In this document: positions 36,844 to 46,878 of the stretch, one piece after another
Position numbering within the stretch: position 1 is the stretch's first letter
Layout of the letters: every line of letters starts with the position of its first letter
Assembly: GCA_963602685.1 (NCBI GenBank)
Contig: CAVCJG010000001.1
Span: forward strand, 13,981 to 77,980
DNA: 64,000 bases
From: Eggerthellaceae bacterium
GTDB taxonomy: Bacteria; Bacillota; Clostridia; Christensenellales; UBA1242
Direction of reading: 5' to 3'
Notes under the pieces: generated by a model
What the model saw: only the letters and a program-made list of their open reading frames with translations
The model's database searches: none
What the model was told of the DNA's origin: nothing
Position numbers and translations under genes: made by a program

Positions 36844-37110
36844 ATGAAATTTTTTGGAAGAAAATCAAAAGATAAAGCAGCGCTCTGGATTGAATATGTA
36901 GAAAACAGTGATGACAAATTCGACCAATCTGTAGGCAAAGCGGTTTTAAACAACTGGCTTAAAGATGTAAAGTTTACAAAAAGAATGCTTAAAATCCACG
37001 GCGAAAAAATATTAAAATATGCTCCCGCTGAAACAATAGCGGCGCTTGAATTTGAAAAGATAGATTCAAAAGTGAAGGAAAACAGCGAAGAGAGCGAAAT
37101 TACAACATAA
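36844..37110 (+). CDS. Hypothetical small protein (88 aa)
   Basis: Has its own promoter, RBS (AGAGG) and terminator. No motif recognised. Confidence 0.5.
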   Translation: MKFFGRKSKDKAALWIEYVENSDDKFDQSVGKAVLNNWLKDVKFTKRMLKIHGEKILKYAPAETIAALEFEKIDSKVKENSEESEITT

Positions 37111-37130
37111 TATTAAAAACATAAAAATTA

Positions 37131-37153
37131 AAAAAGGCGGGTCGCCTTTTTTT
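37131..37153 (+). terminator. Intrinsic terminator
   Basis: AAAAAGGCG GGT CGCCTTTTTTT. Confidence 0.75.
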
Positions 37154-37274
37154 GTTGCTTTCATGTCGGCAACTGTTCATTTGCGAATAAATGTGCAAAA
37201 AACTTTAAATTCGCTAAAATTTTATCAAAGCGATTTTCAGTTTTTGTTATAAAATTTGCAAAAAGGAAGAGGGA

Positions 37275-38081
37275 ATGAAAGTAGTTATTGAATACGTGCT
37301 CATCGAAAATTTGATTATAAACTATTTTATTATGTCATGCTGCGGTGCGCTTTTTAAGGTTAAGCCGCGATTGTGGTTTGTCAGTTGTCTTTTTGGCGCG
37401 TTGATGGCGTTGTTCTTTCCAATTTTCAATTTTCCTATTTATATAAGAATAATATCAACTGTGCTTGTTGCAATCATCATGGTGGCAATCAGTTTTCCAA
37501 TTAAAAGGGCAAAAGACTTTGTTTTTTATGGCTTTGGATTCGTTTTCTTGACTTTCGTGTTTGGCGGAGCGTGCCAACTTTTGACGTCGTGGTTTGGACA
37601 GTTGAGCGTGTTTTTAATTTGCATCGCTTGCATGGTTTTATATGTGAGCATAAAAGTGTTTTTGTCGCGACTTGCACGCAAAAGAGCGCTGCAAACTTTT
37701 ACTTGCTCGGTGCAAATATCAAGCAATGGAAAGGTGGTTGAAGAAATTGGTTATATCGACAGCGCGAATGTTTTATATGACCCGCTTACTTCCGAGCCGA
37801 TAGTGCTGATTACAAAAGATGTTTTTGCAAAAATAGTCGGCGAAGACTATCTCTTTTTTGCCGCCAGAACCGACAAGGTTAAGCGTTTGCCTTACGGACA
37901 CTATGTCAATGTTGGCAGCGCGGTTGACGGCGGCAGAATGCTTGTGTTTATGGTTGATAAAATGGTGATAACTGAAAAGGGAAAGGCGCGCGAATATGAA
38001 CACACCTTGCTGGGCATAAGCGGAGCAGATTTTTCTAAGACTCTCAATTCGGGCGTGCTTATTCACAGTGCGCTGGCTTAG
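37275..38081 (+). CDS. spoIIGA: Sigma-E processing peptidase SpoIIGA
   Basis: Five N-terminal TM segments. Aspartic-protease block GYIDSANVLYDPLTSEPIVLI (Bacillus: GLIDSGNQLYDPLT). Located immediately upstream of sigE. Confidence 0.85.
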   Translation: MKVVIEYVLIENLIINYFIMSCCGALFKVKPRLWFVSCLFGALMALFFPIFNFPIYIRIISTVLVAIIMVAISFPIKRAKDFVFYGFGFVFLTFVFGGACQLLTSWFGQLSVFLICIACMVLYVSIKVFLSRLARKRALQTFTCSVQISSNGKVVEEIGYIDSANVLYDPLTSEPIVLITKDVFAKIVGEDYLFFAARTDKVKRLPYGHYVNVGSAVDGGRMLVFMVDKMVITEKGKAREYEHTLLGISGADFSKTLNSGVLIHSALA

Positions 38082-38089
38082 GAGGTCAA

Positions 38090-38815
38090 ATGCAAAAATT
38101 ATTGTTTTATTTAAAACAACTTTTATGGAAGATTTTTAATCGCAAAGGCAACCTTTTAAACGCGGAAGGCATTGTTTGTTATATCTGCGGCACTGAGGCG
38201 TTGCCTTTGCCGCTTGATCCTGACGAAGAAAAGATGCTGATTGAGCAGGCAGAAAAAGGAAGCGAGTTTGCACGATCGAAACTTATTGAGCACAATTTGC
38301 GTTTGGTGGTTTACATCGCAAAAAAATTTGAGAGCACAGGAATCGAATTTGAAGATTTGATTTCGATCGGGTCGGTGGGGCTGATCAAAGCGGTGAAAAC
38401 TTTTAACGGAAACAAAAATATAAAACTTGCAACTTATGCATCACGCTGTATTGAAAACGAGATGCTTATGCAACTTAGAAAGAAGTCAAAACTCAAAGGC
38501 GAAGTGAGTCTAGAAAAACCGCTTTGCGATGACGGCGAAGGAAATGAACTTGTGCTTGCCGACATTATTGCAAGCGAAGACGATGTGACATCGGGGCTGG
38601 ATCATTCGGCCGAGCGGGAAGCGATTTGGCAGATACTAAATCGTCTTGAAAGGCGCGAACAAGAAATTATGATTTTGAGATTTGGGCTTGAAGGCGAAGA
38701 CGAACTTACGCAAAAAGAAGTTGCCGATAAACTTGGAATTAGCCAAAGTTATATTTCGCGCATAGAAAAAAAGATATTGGTAAAAATGAAAAAAGAACTT
38801 GCAAAAATTCTTTAA
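38090..38815 (+). CDS. sigE: Sporulation sigma factor E (pro-sigma-E)
   Basis: Pro-sequence, then YICGTEALPLPL, HNLRLVVYIAKKF, and region 4 TQKEVADKLGISQSYISRIEKK. Confidence 0.9.
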   Translation: MQKLLFYLKQLLWKIFNRKGNLLNAEGIVCYICGTEALPLPLDPDEEKMLIEQAEKGSEFARSKLIEHNLRLVVYIAKKFESTGIEFEDLISIGSVGLIKAVKTFNGNKNIKLATYASRCIENEMLMQLRKKSKLKGEVSLEKPLCDDGEGNELVLADIIASEDDVTSGLDHSAEREAIWQILNRLERREQEIMILRFGLEGEDELTQKEVADKLGISQSYISRIEKKILVKMKKELAKIL

Positions 38816-38895
38816 ATTTTTTAATTATTAAAAATAAACTAAAAATAATAAAAAAATATTAAAAAATAGCACTTTTTTTGTCAAATTATTGTAAT

Positions 38896-38929
38896 TTTGC
38901 ATAATTTCCATTTTGTTTGGAGAAAAAAT
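38896..38929 (+). promoter_or_regulatory. Candidate forespore (sigma-F/G type) promoter of sigG
   Basis: TTTGCATAATTTC, with GCATA - 15 nt - GGAGAAAAAAT. Shares the 13-mer found upstream of spoIIR. Confidence 0.4.
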
Positions 38930-38987
38930 AAATGTTTTTTAAAACATTTTATTTTTATTTTTTCACATTTAAAATGGAGGCGAAAAA

Positions 38988-39761
38988 ATGGCAAACAAAG
39001 TTGTTATTGCGGGCGTTAATACTGCAACGTTGCCAAAACTTAGCAACGACGATATTATGGCGCTTATGAAAAAAGTTAAAGCGGGCGACCAACTTGCGAG
39101 AGATGCGTTTGTGGTTGCAAACCTGCGATTGGTGCTAAGCGTTGTTCAGCGTTTTTCGGGACGCTCTGACAAAGCCGATGATATGTTTCAGGTTGGGTGC
39201 GTCGGATTGATGAAAGCCATTGACAACTTTGACGAAAGTTTAAATGTTCGTTTTTCAACCTATGCAGTACCAATGATTATTGGCGAGATTCGCAGATTTT
39301 TGCGCGACAACAATTCTGTCAGAGTGTCACGTTCGCTAAGAGACATTGCTTACAAATCGCTGCAAGCAAAAGAAGAACTTTCAAAAGGAAAGGTTGAAGA
39401 GCCAACCATTGACGATATCGCGCAATATCTAAATCTTCCAGCAAAGACCATAAATTTTGCGCTGGACGCAATCAGCGAAACAGTTTCGCTTTCTGATCCA
39501 GTTTATAACGACGGAAGTGACGCGATTGAACTTAAAGACCAAATTGCAGATTTGAAAGACGGCGAAGAAAGTTTGTATGAAAAAATTGCAATTAAAGATG
39601 CAATCAAAAAACTTTTGCCACGCGAGCGCGAAATCTTGTATTTAAGATATTATATCGGGAAAACACAAATGGAAGTAAGCCAAGAAGTCGGCATAAGCCA
39701 AGCACAAGTGTCGCGACTTGAAAAGAATGCGCTTAAAGCAATCAAAGAAAAAATCGAATAG
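38988..39761 (+). CDS. sigG: Sporulation sigma factor G
   Basis: ANLRLVLSVVQRF, YAVPMIIGEIRRFLRD, region 4 TQMEVSQEVGISQAQVSRLEKNAL. Follows sigE. Confidence 0.9.
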   Translation: MANKVVIAGVNTATLPKLSNDDIMALMKKVKAGDQLARDAFVVANLRLVLSVVQRFSGRSDKADDMFQVGCVGLMKAIDNFDESLNVRFSTYAVPMIIGEIRRFLRDNNSVRVSRSLRDIAYKSLQAKEELSKGKVEEPTIDDIAQYLNLPAKTINFALDAISETVSLSDPVYNDGSDAIELKDQIADLKDGEESLYEKIAIKDAIKKLLPREREILYLRYYIGKTQMEVSQEVGISQAQVSRLEKNALKAIKEKIE

Positions 39762-39806
39762 CGAATTTTGTCATTTGTTGCTTATTAACTTCATAATATG
39801 AAATAA

Positions 39807-40100
39807 ATGGAAAGTTCATATTTAGAGTTAAGGTGCAAAGAAGTTGTAAATGTTGTCGATGGGCGCAGGCTAGGTCATATCATCGACGTGGTTTTTAACC
39901 TTGCAACTGCTTGCGTCAGTGGCATAGTTGTGCCCGGCGAAAAAAGTTTTTGGAACGTGTTTAAAAATGGCGCTGAGTTTTTTATTCCATTCAACCAAAT
40001 TGTCAAAATCGGAGAAGATACGATTTTGGTTCAAATTTATGGGGGACAGCCAACTCAAAATCCATATATTTTAAGTGACAAAGGACCAAACAACAAATAA
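39807..40100 (+). CDS. YlmC/YmxH-family sporulation protein (PRC-barrel)
   Basis: LRCKEVVNVVDGRRLGHIIDVVFN...SGIVVPG...FIPFNQIVKIGEDTILV is the YlmC/YmxH signature. It is located after sigG as in Bacillus. Confidence 0.8.
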   Translation: MESSYLELRCKEVVNVVDGRRLGHIIDVVFNLATACVSGIVVPGEKSFWNVFKNGAEFFIPFNQIVKIGEDTILVQIYGGQPTQNPYILSDKGPNNK

Positions 40101-40113
40101 CTATTTAAATAAA

Positions 40114-40150
40114 CAAAAAAATACTGCAACGCTTTGCAGTATTTTATTTT
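40114..40150 (+). terminator. Intrinsic terminator after ylmC-like gene
   Basis: ATACTGCAA CGCT TTGCAGTAT followed by a T-rich run. Confidence 0.7.
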
Positions 40151-40215
40151 GACTTCGTTTTATTTTGTTTTGTTCGCGAATCTTGAGAAAAATTTAAAAA
40201 AATTTTAATTTGCGA

Positions 40216-40659
40216 TTATAACTCTTCTAAAATCTTTTTAAATGATTCGATGTCTTTAAATTGACGATAAACTGATGCAAATCTAACATATGCGACATCG
40301 TCAAGTTTTTTGAGCGCGTCCATAACCATTTCGCCAAGTTTTGCAGATTCAATTTCTTGAAGGAAATTGTTTTGCATATATTTTTCGATGCTCTCTGCCA
40401 CTTCGTCAATTTGGCTCATGCTTACAGGTCTTTTTTCGCACGCTTTGATCATTCCGTTTTTGAGTTTGTTGATGTCAAAAGCCTGTCTGCTTCCGTCAGA
40501 TTTAATAACCAAAACTGGTGTCATTTCAACAGTTTCGTATGTTGTGAAGCGTTTGCCACAGTTGAGGCATTCTCGTCTTCTTCTAATTGCGTTTGATTCG
40601 TCTGTGCTGCGTGAGTCTAAAACTTTGCTTTCTTCACAGCCACAATAAATACATTTCAT
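40216..40659 (-). CDS. nrdR: Transcriptional repressor NrdR
   Basis: MKCIYCGCEESKVLDSR...RRRECLNCGKRFTTYE zinc ribbon plus ATP-cone. Confidence 0.95.
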   Translation of the reverse strand: MKCIYCGCEESKVLDSRSTDESNAIRRRRECLNCGKRFTTYETVEMTPVLVIKSDGSRQAFDINKLKNGMIKACEKRPVSMSQIDEVAESIEKYMQNNFLQEIESAKLGEMVMDALKKLDDVAYVRFASVYRQFKDIESFKKILEEL

Positions 40660-40750
40660 AGTAATCTCCTTGCAAGTATTCTACCATATATAGTTTAAAA
40701 AAACAAACATTTTTAAAAATATTTTTGCTGCTTGGCTAATACAATACTTT

Positions 40751-40978
40751 ATGTTTAGTTTGTGCGATATGAAAAAAAACAGGATTTATCACATTGTCGG
40801 TTATGCCGCGGACTTGCCGCCTAAAATTTTGCGCAGGCTTTGCGATCTGGGGCTAACAATAGGGCAAGAAGTGAGCATCGAAGCAAAGTCGCTGCTTAAA
40901 AAGGCGCTGCTTTTAAGCGTTCGGGGATATTTGCTTTCGCTTAAATGCGACATTGCAAAAGGTGTGGAAGTGCAATGA
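40751..40978 (+). CDS. feoA: Ferrous iron transport protein A
   Basis: 75-aa SH3-like FeoA (LCDLGLTIGQEV..). ATGA overlap with feoB. Confidence 0.75.
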   Translation: MFSLCDMKKNRIYHIVGYAADLPPKILRRLCDLGLTIGQEVSIEAKSLLKKALLLSVRGYLLSLKCDIAKGVEVQ

Positions 40979-43098
40979 AACACAAAAAAGAAAAACGCAA
41001 GGTCAAATGTGATTATTCTTCGCTTAGACAAGTTTTGCTTGTAGGAAATCCAAACACGGGCAAGACTACTCTTTTTAATGCACTGACAAAGTCAAACGAG
41101 CATGTGGGAAACTGGCACGGGGTTACGGTTGAAGAAAAGTCGCTGCCGTTTATGTGCGCGACGGAGAAAATGTTGCTAGTTGATTTGCCGGGGATTTATT
41201 CACTGTCGGCGCTGAGTTTTGAAGAGCAAGTCGCGATAAATTATATCCGCTCGCATCCAAAGACCAAAATAATCAACATTTGTGATGAAAACAATTTGCA
41301 AAGAAACTTGTCGCTAACGCTTGGACTACTTGAAGAAGGCGCAGATGTTGTGCTGGCAGTCAACTGCATGGACAAACGCCCTTTAAACAAGGTTGACGCG
41401 AAAGCGCTTTCAAACAAACTGGGAATTGAAGTTGTTTTAATAAACGCCGAAAAGAAAATCGGCTTTGACAAACTTTTTAGCGCTGTTTTGAAACCTTATT
41501 CTCCTTCGCGTGCTCCTGAATATGTGAAAAAGTTGCCACTGGGTCAAGTCAAAAATATGGTGGGGCAAAGCGGTCTTACAGATTTTTGTGCGATAAAACT
41601 TTTAGAGCGAGATGAAGAGGTTGCAAAGGAAAATAATATAGACTTAGAAAAGTTGGATTTGCCGCAAGATGGCATCCAAATGGTTGCAAATGCACGCTAT
41701 GATTTTATTGCGACTTTGCAAAAAACGTGCGTAGTTAGCGCCGGCAGAATTTATGGCAAAAGTTGGCTTGATAAGATTATTTTAAACCGATTTTTGGCAT
41801 TTCCGATTTTTTTGCTTGTGCTGTGCGGCGTGTTTTATCTCACATTCTTTTCACTCGGCGCGTGGCTCTCTGATTTACTGAACAAACTTTTGGACGTGAC
41901 GCTTGCAAGCTGGACAAAAAGCGCCTGCTTATCACTGTTTGGCGAAGCGTCTTGGGTGACGCATCTGTTTTGCGATGCCATAATTGGCGGCGTGGGAACA
42001 GTGCTGAGTTTCTTGCCGCAGGTCGCGTTGCTGTTTCTGTTTTTGTCACTGCTTGAAGACAGCGGTTATCTTTCAAGAGTTGCGTTTGCAAGTGAAGACA
42101 TTTTTGGCAAACTTGGGCTTTCGGGCAAAAGCATTTATACGCTTTTAATGGGCTTTGGCTGCTCGACAACGGCTGTGCTGACTGCTCGAAACATGGAAGA
42201 TAAAAACTCTAAAATCAAAACGGCGCTGCTGACTCCTTATATGAGTTGCAGTGCGAAATTCCCGATTTATGTGGTTATCGGCGGCGCATTTTTTGGCGCT
42301 GCAAATGTGTGGGTTATATTGGGGCTCTATCTGCTTGGGCTGGCAGTGTCGCTGCTGCTAAGTTGGATTTTTGAAAAGACGATTTTAAAAAGCAAAGAAC
42401 AATCTTTTATTTTGGAGTTTCCACCTTACAGATTTGGCGGCGTAAAAAGACTGCTGAAAGTGCTGTGGGACAATGTCAAAACATTTTTGTTGCGTGTTGG
42501 CTCGCTGCTTGTGTCAATGAACGTCATCGTTTGGGTGCTGTCGAGTTTTTCGTTTGATTTTTCTTTTACGATGCAAAGCGGAAAAATGAGCATGCTTGAA
42601 GGCTTTGGAAAGGTTTTAGCACCTATCTTTATTCCGCTTGGGTTTGGCAACTGGGGCGCGGCTTCTGCTCTTGTGGCGGGGGTGATTGCAAAGGAAATCA
42701 TCATTTCTTCGATTGCCATGTTTAACGGAGTCGGGAATGGCGGCGACATCGGCGCGTCTCTTAAAAATCCTGACAGCATGATTTTCTTTTCGTCGCAGGC
42801 GTCAGCAATTTCATATCTAGTTTTTTCACTGCTGTACTTACCATGCATTTCAACGATGGCTGTTCTCGGAAAAGAGATTGGCAAGAAATGGACTTTTGTT
42901 GGGTGCTTGATTCAATTTGCAATCGGCTATCTAACTGCGCTGTTTGTCTACAACGTTTGGTGTGCGTGCGAAAGGTTTGGCGTGCTTGCCACATTGGGCG
43001 TAATTGCAGCAGTTGCAGCGGTTGTTGCGGCTATAATTAAGGTTGCAAGCGTGATAAAAAGCAAAAAAATGTGCAAAAACTGCTCAAAGTGCGATTAA
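40975..43098 (+). CDS. feoB: Ferrous iron transport protein B
   Basis: G-domain GNPNTGKTTLFNALT, DLPGIYSL, NCMD, then a polytopic permease. Start taken at ATG 40975, since the ORF-track 40945 overlaps feoA. Cys-rich tail KKMCKNCSKCD. Confidence 0.9.
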   Translation: MKHKKEKRKVKCDYSSLRQVLLVGNPNTGKTTLFNALTKSNEHVGNWHGVTVEEKSLPFMCATEKMLLVDLPGIYSLSALSFEEQVAINYIRSHPKTKIINICDENNLQRNLSLTLGLLEEGADVVLAVNCMDKRPLNKVDAKALSNKLGIEVVLINAEKKIGFDKLFSAVLKPYSPSRAPEYVKKLPLGQVKNMVGQSGLTDFCAIKLLERDEEVAKENNIDLEKLDLPQDGIQMVANARYDFIATLQKTCVVSAGRIYGKSWLDKIILNRFLAFPIFLLVLCGVFYLTFFSLGAWLSDLLNKLLDVTLASWTKSACLSLFGEASWVTHLFCDAIIGGVGTVLSFLPQVALLFLFLSLLEDSGYLSRVAFASEDIFGKLGLSGKSIYTLLMGFGCSTTAVLTARNMEDKNSKIKTALLTPYMSCSAKFPIYVVIGGAFFGAANVWVILGLYLLGLAVSLLLSWIFEKTILKSKEQSFILEFPPYRFGGVKRLLKVLWDNVKTFLLRVGSLLVSMNVIVWVLSSFSFDFSFTMQSGKMSMLEGFGKVLAPIFIPLGFGNWGAASALVAGVIAKEIIISSIAMFNGVGNGGDIGASLKNPDSMIFFSSQASAISYLVFSLLYLPCISTMAVLGKEIGKKWTFVGCLIQFAIGYLTALFVYNVWCACERFGVLATLGVIAAVAAVVAAIIKVASVIKSKKMCKNCSKCD

Positions 43099-43148
43099 AA
43101 AATTCATAAAAGTTTGATTTTGGTCGAATATTATGTTATTATTTAACT

Positions 43149-44459
43149 ATGGCAAAACCTATAGTTGCTGTAGTCGGCAGACCAAATGTTGGCAAAAGCA
43201 CATTTTTCAATAAGATTTGTGGCGAAAGAATTAGTATCGTCGATGATGCCCCTGGTGTGACTAGGGACAGAATTTATGCTGACGCAGAATGGGCGGGCAG
43301 AGAATTTACGCTTATCGACACTGGCGGGCTCGATCCAAAAAGCGAAGATGTTTTTCAAACTGAAATAGCACTTCAAGCGGACATCGCTATGGAAATGGCA
43401 GACGTAATTGTCATGCTTGTAGATGGCAAAAGCGGAATTACACTCGCCGATGAAATGCTTGCTAAACGCTTGCGTAAAAAATCAACACCAGTAGTTTTAG
43501 TTGTAAACAAACTTGACAGATTTGATGTTTCAGATACGTTTGAGTTTTATGCGCTCGGGCTTGGAACTCCATTTCCTCTTTCTTGCGAACAATCAAAGGG
43601 GATAGGCGATGTTTTGGACGAAATTAAATCGCATTTTCCACCTGCAAACGAAAATGAAGAAGAAGACGGAATTTTAAAAATTGCGATTGTCGGCAGACCT
43701 AATGTTGGCAAATCAAGCATCATCAATCGTCTGCTTGGTGAAAAACGTGTGGTTGTAAGCAACGTTGAAGGCACAACCAGAGATTCTGTTATGGTGCCAT
43801 TTAAATATAACAAGAAAAAATACTATCTCGTAGACACGGCGGGGCTTCGTCGTTCGAGAGGGGTTGAAAAAGAATCAGTCGAAGGATATTCGGTTTTGAG
43901 AACCATGCGCGCTATCGAAAAAGCGGACGTCGTGGTTATTGTGGTTGATGCCAATAGCAAACTCACCGAGCAAGATGTACGAATCGCAGGATTCGTTCAT
44001 GAAGCGGGCAAGCCAAGCATTGTTGCGATAAACAAAATTGACCTTTTTGAAGGCGACCGCGATCAAATTTTGAAGGGACTCGACCGCGATCTGGCGTTTA
44101 TGGATTATTATCTTCCAGTGTTTGTTTCAGCGCTTAAAGGAACTCGTGTCGGCGACATTATGCCGTCAGTTTTGACAGCATATGAACACGGCGCAACACG
44201 CATTAAAACGGGCATCTTAAACGAAATGCTTTCGGATGCGCTTATCAATTTTGAACCACCTTCAAAGGGCGGAAGAAAGGCAAAAATTAAATACATTACT
44301 CAAGCGTCAGCGTTGCCACCAACATTTATTTTGTTTACAAACGACGCCAAACTTATCAATTTCTCATATCTCCGCTATCTTGAAAACAGATTTAGAGAAC
44401 GCATTGACTTTTCGGGAACTCCTATAAAGTTTGTCGTTAAATCAAAGGAGGAAGAATGA
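43149..44459 (+). CDS. der: Ribosome biogenesis GTPase Der (EngA)
   Basis: Two tandem G-domains (GRPNVGKSTFFN and GRPNVGKSSIIN) plus a KH-like C-terminus. Confidence 0.95.
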   Translation: MAKPIVAVVGRPNVGKSTFFNKICGERISIVDDAPGVTRDRIYADAEWAGREFTLIDTGGLDPKSEDVFQTEIALQADIAMEMADVIVMLVDGKSGITLADEMLAKRLRKKSTPVVLVVNKLDRFDVSDTFEFYALGLGTPFPLSCEQSKGIGDVLDEIKSHFPPANENEEEDGILKIAIVGRPNVGKSSIINRLLGEKRVVVSNVEGTTRDSVMVPFKYNKKKYYLVDTAGLRRSRGVEKESVEGYSVLRTMRAIEKADVVVIVVDANSKLTEQDVRIAGFVHEAGKPSIVAINKIDLFEGDRDQILKGLDRDLAFMDYYLPVFVSALKGTRVGDIMPSVLTAYEHGATRIKTGILNEMLSDALINFEPPSKGGRKAKIKYITQASALPPTFILFTNDAKLINFSYLRYLENRFRERIDFSGTPIKFVVKSKEEE

Positions 44460-45274
44460 ATTGGCTGTGGTTTAGTTTAGTAATAATCGTTTGTTATTTA
44501 ATCGGAAATGTAAACTTTGCAAGAGTGGTTGCTCGCGTGTTTAAACATGAAGACATCACAACCAAAGGCAGCGGAAATCCTGGCATGATGAACGTGCTTC
44601 GAAACTACGGCATCGGCTATGCGCTGCTTACTCTTCTTTTAGAAAGCATTAAAGCAGGTGTTCCGGCTCTTGTTTGCGGATACATTTTTGCAAGCCAAGG
44701 ACTGTTTGAAGTCGCATTTTTCACAGCGGGCTTTTCAGTTGTTTTAGGGCACAACTTTCCAGTCTTTTACAAATTTAAAGGCGGAAAGGGGATTGCCTGC
44801 ACATTCGGAATGTTTTTGTTCAGCCCATTTTGGTGGCTTTCGATTGTAATGTTTTTTGTATGGGCTGTATTTCTTTATTTTGTCGATTACGCATTCTTGG
44901 CATCACTTGGATTTGTTTCGTCGCTTACGATTGCGTGGATTGTAAAACTTTGCATCACTCAGCCAACTCTTTGGTGGGTGGCATTGATAATTTTGTGCGT
45001 TAATTTTGCACTTGATTTGTTCTTACATCGCAGCAATTTCAGACGCTGGTTTAAAGGAACTGAAAATCATACAAATTTCAGCAGCAAAGTAAAAAAACTT
45101 TTCAGTCACAAAGAAAAAACCGAACAACCTGAAAACGAAACACCAGAAAAAGAAATTATAATTGAAGATGATTCAAGCGAGCAAACAACAGGCGAAAACA
45201 AACAGCCTGAAAGTGAAGTTCAGCCTGAGCCTGAATCAGAAAACACCGAAAAAACAAACGAAGAAAACAATTAA
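44456..45274 (+). CDS. plsY: Glycerol-3-phosphate acyltransferase PlsY with an acidic C-terminal tail
   Basis: GSGNPGMMNV, HNFPVFYKFKGGKG. About 70 extra residues rich in E/P/T/N at the C-terminus. Confidence 0.85.
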   Translation: MNWLWFSLVIIVCYLIGNVNFARVVARVFKHEDITTKGSGNPGMMNVLRNYGIGYALLTLLLESIKAGVPALVCGYIFASQGLFEVAFFTAGFSVVLGHNFPVFYKFKGGKGIACTFGMFLFSPFWWLSIVMFFVWAVFLYFVDYAFLASLGFVSSLTIAWIVKLCITQPTLWWVALIILCVNFALDLFLHRSNFRRWFKGTENHTNFSSKVKKLFSHKEKTEQPENETPEKEIIIEDDSSEQTTGENKQPESEVQPEPESENTEKTNEENN

Positions 45275-45279
45275 AAATT

Positions 45280-45303
45280 AGAGAGCATTTGCTCTCTTTT
45301 TTT
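45280..45303 (+). terminator. Intrinsic terminator after plsY
   Basis: GAGAGC ATTT GCTCTC T7. Confidence 0.75.
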
Positions 45304-45366
45304 ATTTCGAAATCTGCATAAATGGCCACGCGAAAGCATAAGTTAGAATATCTTTGGAGGTCATTT

Positions 45367-46845
45367 ATGGAAAAATACGAGATTTATGACGACATAAAAA
45401 CCCGCACAAACGGCGAAATCTATGTCGGCGTAGTTGGCCCCGTTAGAGTTGGAAAATCAACATTCATCACAGAGTTCATGAAAAAACTCGTGCTTCCAAA
45501 TATTTCGGGCAAATATCCTAAAGAAAGAGCGATTGACGAACTTCCTCAATCTGCAGATGGAAAAACAATTATGACAACGCAACCTAAATTTGTTCCAAAC
45601 GAAGCAGTCAGAATTTGCGTTCATGACAATGTCGACATGAAAGTTCGACTTATCGATTGCGTGGGCTATTTGGTTGCTGGCGCTATGGGACACATCGAAG
45701 GTGATCAACCACGCAAGGTTAAAACTCCTTGGTCAGAAGATGAAATGCCTTTTGAAGAAGCGGCAGAACTTGGAACTAAAAAAGTTATGCGTGAACATTC
45801 TACAGTGGGCATAGTTGTGACAACAGACGGGTCAGTAACAGACATTCCTCGAGCAAATTATGTTGACGCCGAAGAGCGAGTTGTTGCCGAAATGAAAGAC
45901 TGTCACAAGCCATTTGTGATGGTTCTTAACTGCAAATCTCCAACAAGTTCAGACGCTAAAAAACTTGCTGCATCGTTGGAAGAAAAATATGCTGTTCCAG
46001 TTGTTGCTTTAAACGCAACTGAAATGAAAGAAAGCGACATCGACAAAGTGTTTGAAAAACTGTTGTATGAATTTCCAGTTACAAGCATCAAACTCAGAAT
46101 GCCAAAATGGTTGCAAGCGCTTTCTTACAATGACGAAATCATTCAAGAAATCGCTTCACAAATGCGCACGTTTGCAAGTGGCATGAACAAACTTAGCGAC
46201 GTTGATAAAAACAAACTTGTTTTCACAGAAAGTGAAGCGTTTGAACCTATCACATTCGCAAACATCGAAATGGGCGACGGAACAGTTAAGTTTAACGTAA
46301 TTCCAAAAGAAGGACTGTTCTATAAGGTTCTTTCAAAAGAATGCGGCTATGAAATCAAAGACGATTTTGAACTTATCAGTTATATCAAAGAACTTGCAAT
46401 CGCAAAACTTGAATATGACAAACTCAAAACCGCTCTCGAAGAAGTTCGCGAAACAGGCTATGGAGTGGTTGCTCCAAGACAAGAAGACTTTGTGCTTGAA
46501 GAGCCAGAAGTCATTCGTCAAGGCTCACGCTTTGGAGTTAAAATCAAAGCGAGCGCGCCAAGTTTGCACATTATGAGAGTTGATGTCAACACCGAAGTTA
46601 CGCCACTTGTTGGAACAGAACAACAAAGCAAAGAACTTGCGCAAGACCTTGTTAATCAAATTGCCGAAAGCCCAGAATCAATTTGGGAAACCAATTTGCT
46701 TGGCAAAAGCCTTTCATCTCTTGTCGGCGACAACATCAATTCAAAAATAGTTATGATGCCTATTGATGCTCAACGCAAGATGAGAAAGACCCTTGGAAGA
46801 ATTGTCAATGAAGGAAAGGGCGGCATAATCTGTATTTTACTTTAA
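45367..46845 (+). CDS. spoIVA: Stage IV sporulation protein A
   Basis: ATG 45367 after GGAGG gives 492 aa. IYVGVVGPVRVGKSTFI Walker A and overall SpoIVA layout. The ORF-track start at 45322 is an extension. Confidence 0.9.
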   Translation: MEKYEIYDDIKTRTNGEIYVGVVGPVRVGKSTFITEFMKKLVLPNISGKYPKERAIDELPQSADGKTIMTTQPKFVPNEAVRICVHDNVDMKVRLIDCVGYLVAGAMGHIEGDQPRKVKTPWSEDEMPFEEAAELGTKKVMREHSTVGIVVTTDGSVTDIPRANYVDAEERVVAEMKDCHKPFVMVLNCKSPTSSDAKKLAASLEEKYAVPVVALNATEMKESDIDKVFEKLLYEFPVTSIKLRMPKWLQALSYNDEIIQEIASQMRTFASGMNKLSDVDKNKLVFTESEAFEPITFANIEMGDGTVKFNVIPKEGLFYKVLSKECGYEIKDDFELISYIKELAIAKLEYDKLKTALEEVRETGYGVVAPRQEDFVLEEPEVIRQGSRFGVKIKASAPSLHIMRVDVNTEVTPLVGTEQQSKELAQDLVNQIAESPESIWETNLLGKSLSSLVGDNINSKIVMMPIDAQRKMRKTLGRIVNEGKGGIICILL

Positions 46846-46850
46846 AAAAT

Positions 46851-46878
46851 AAAACTCACCAAATTGGTGAGTTTTTTT
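46851..46878. terminator. Bidirectional hairpin terminator; it also encodes the last codons of the minus-strand gene
   Basis: AAAACTCACCA AAT TGGTGAGTTTTTTT. Confidence 0.7.
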
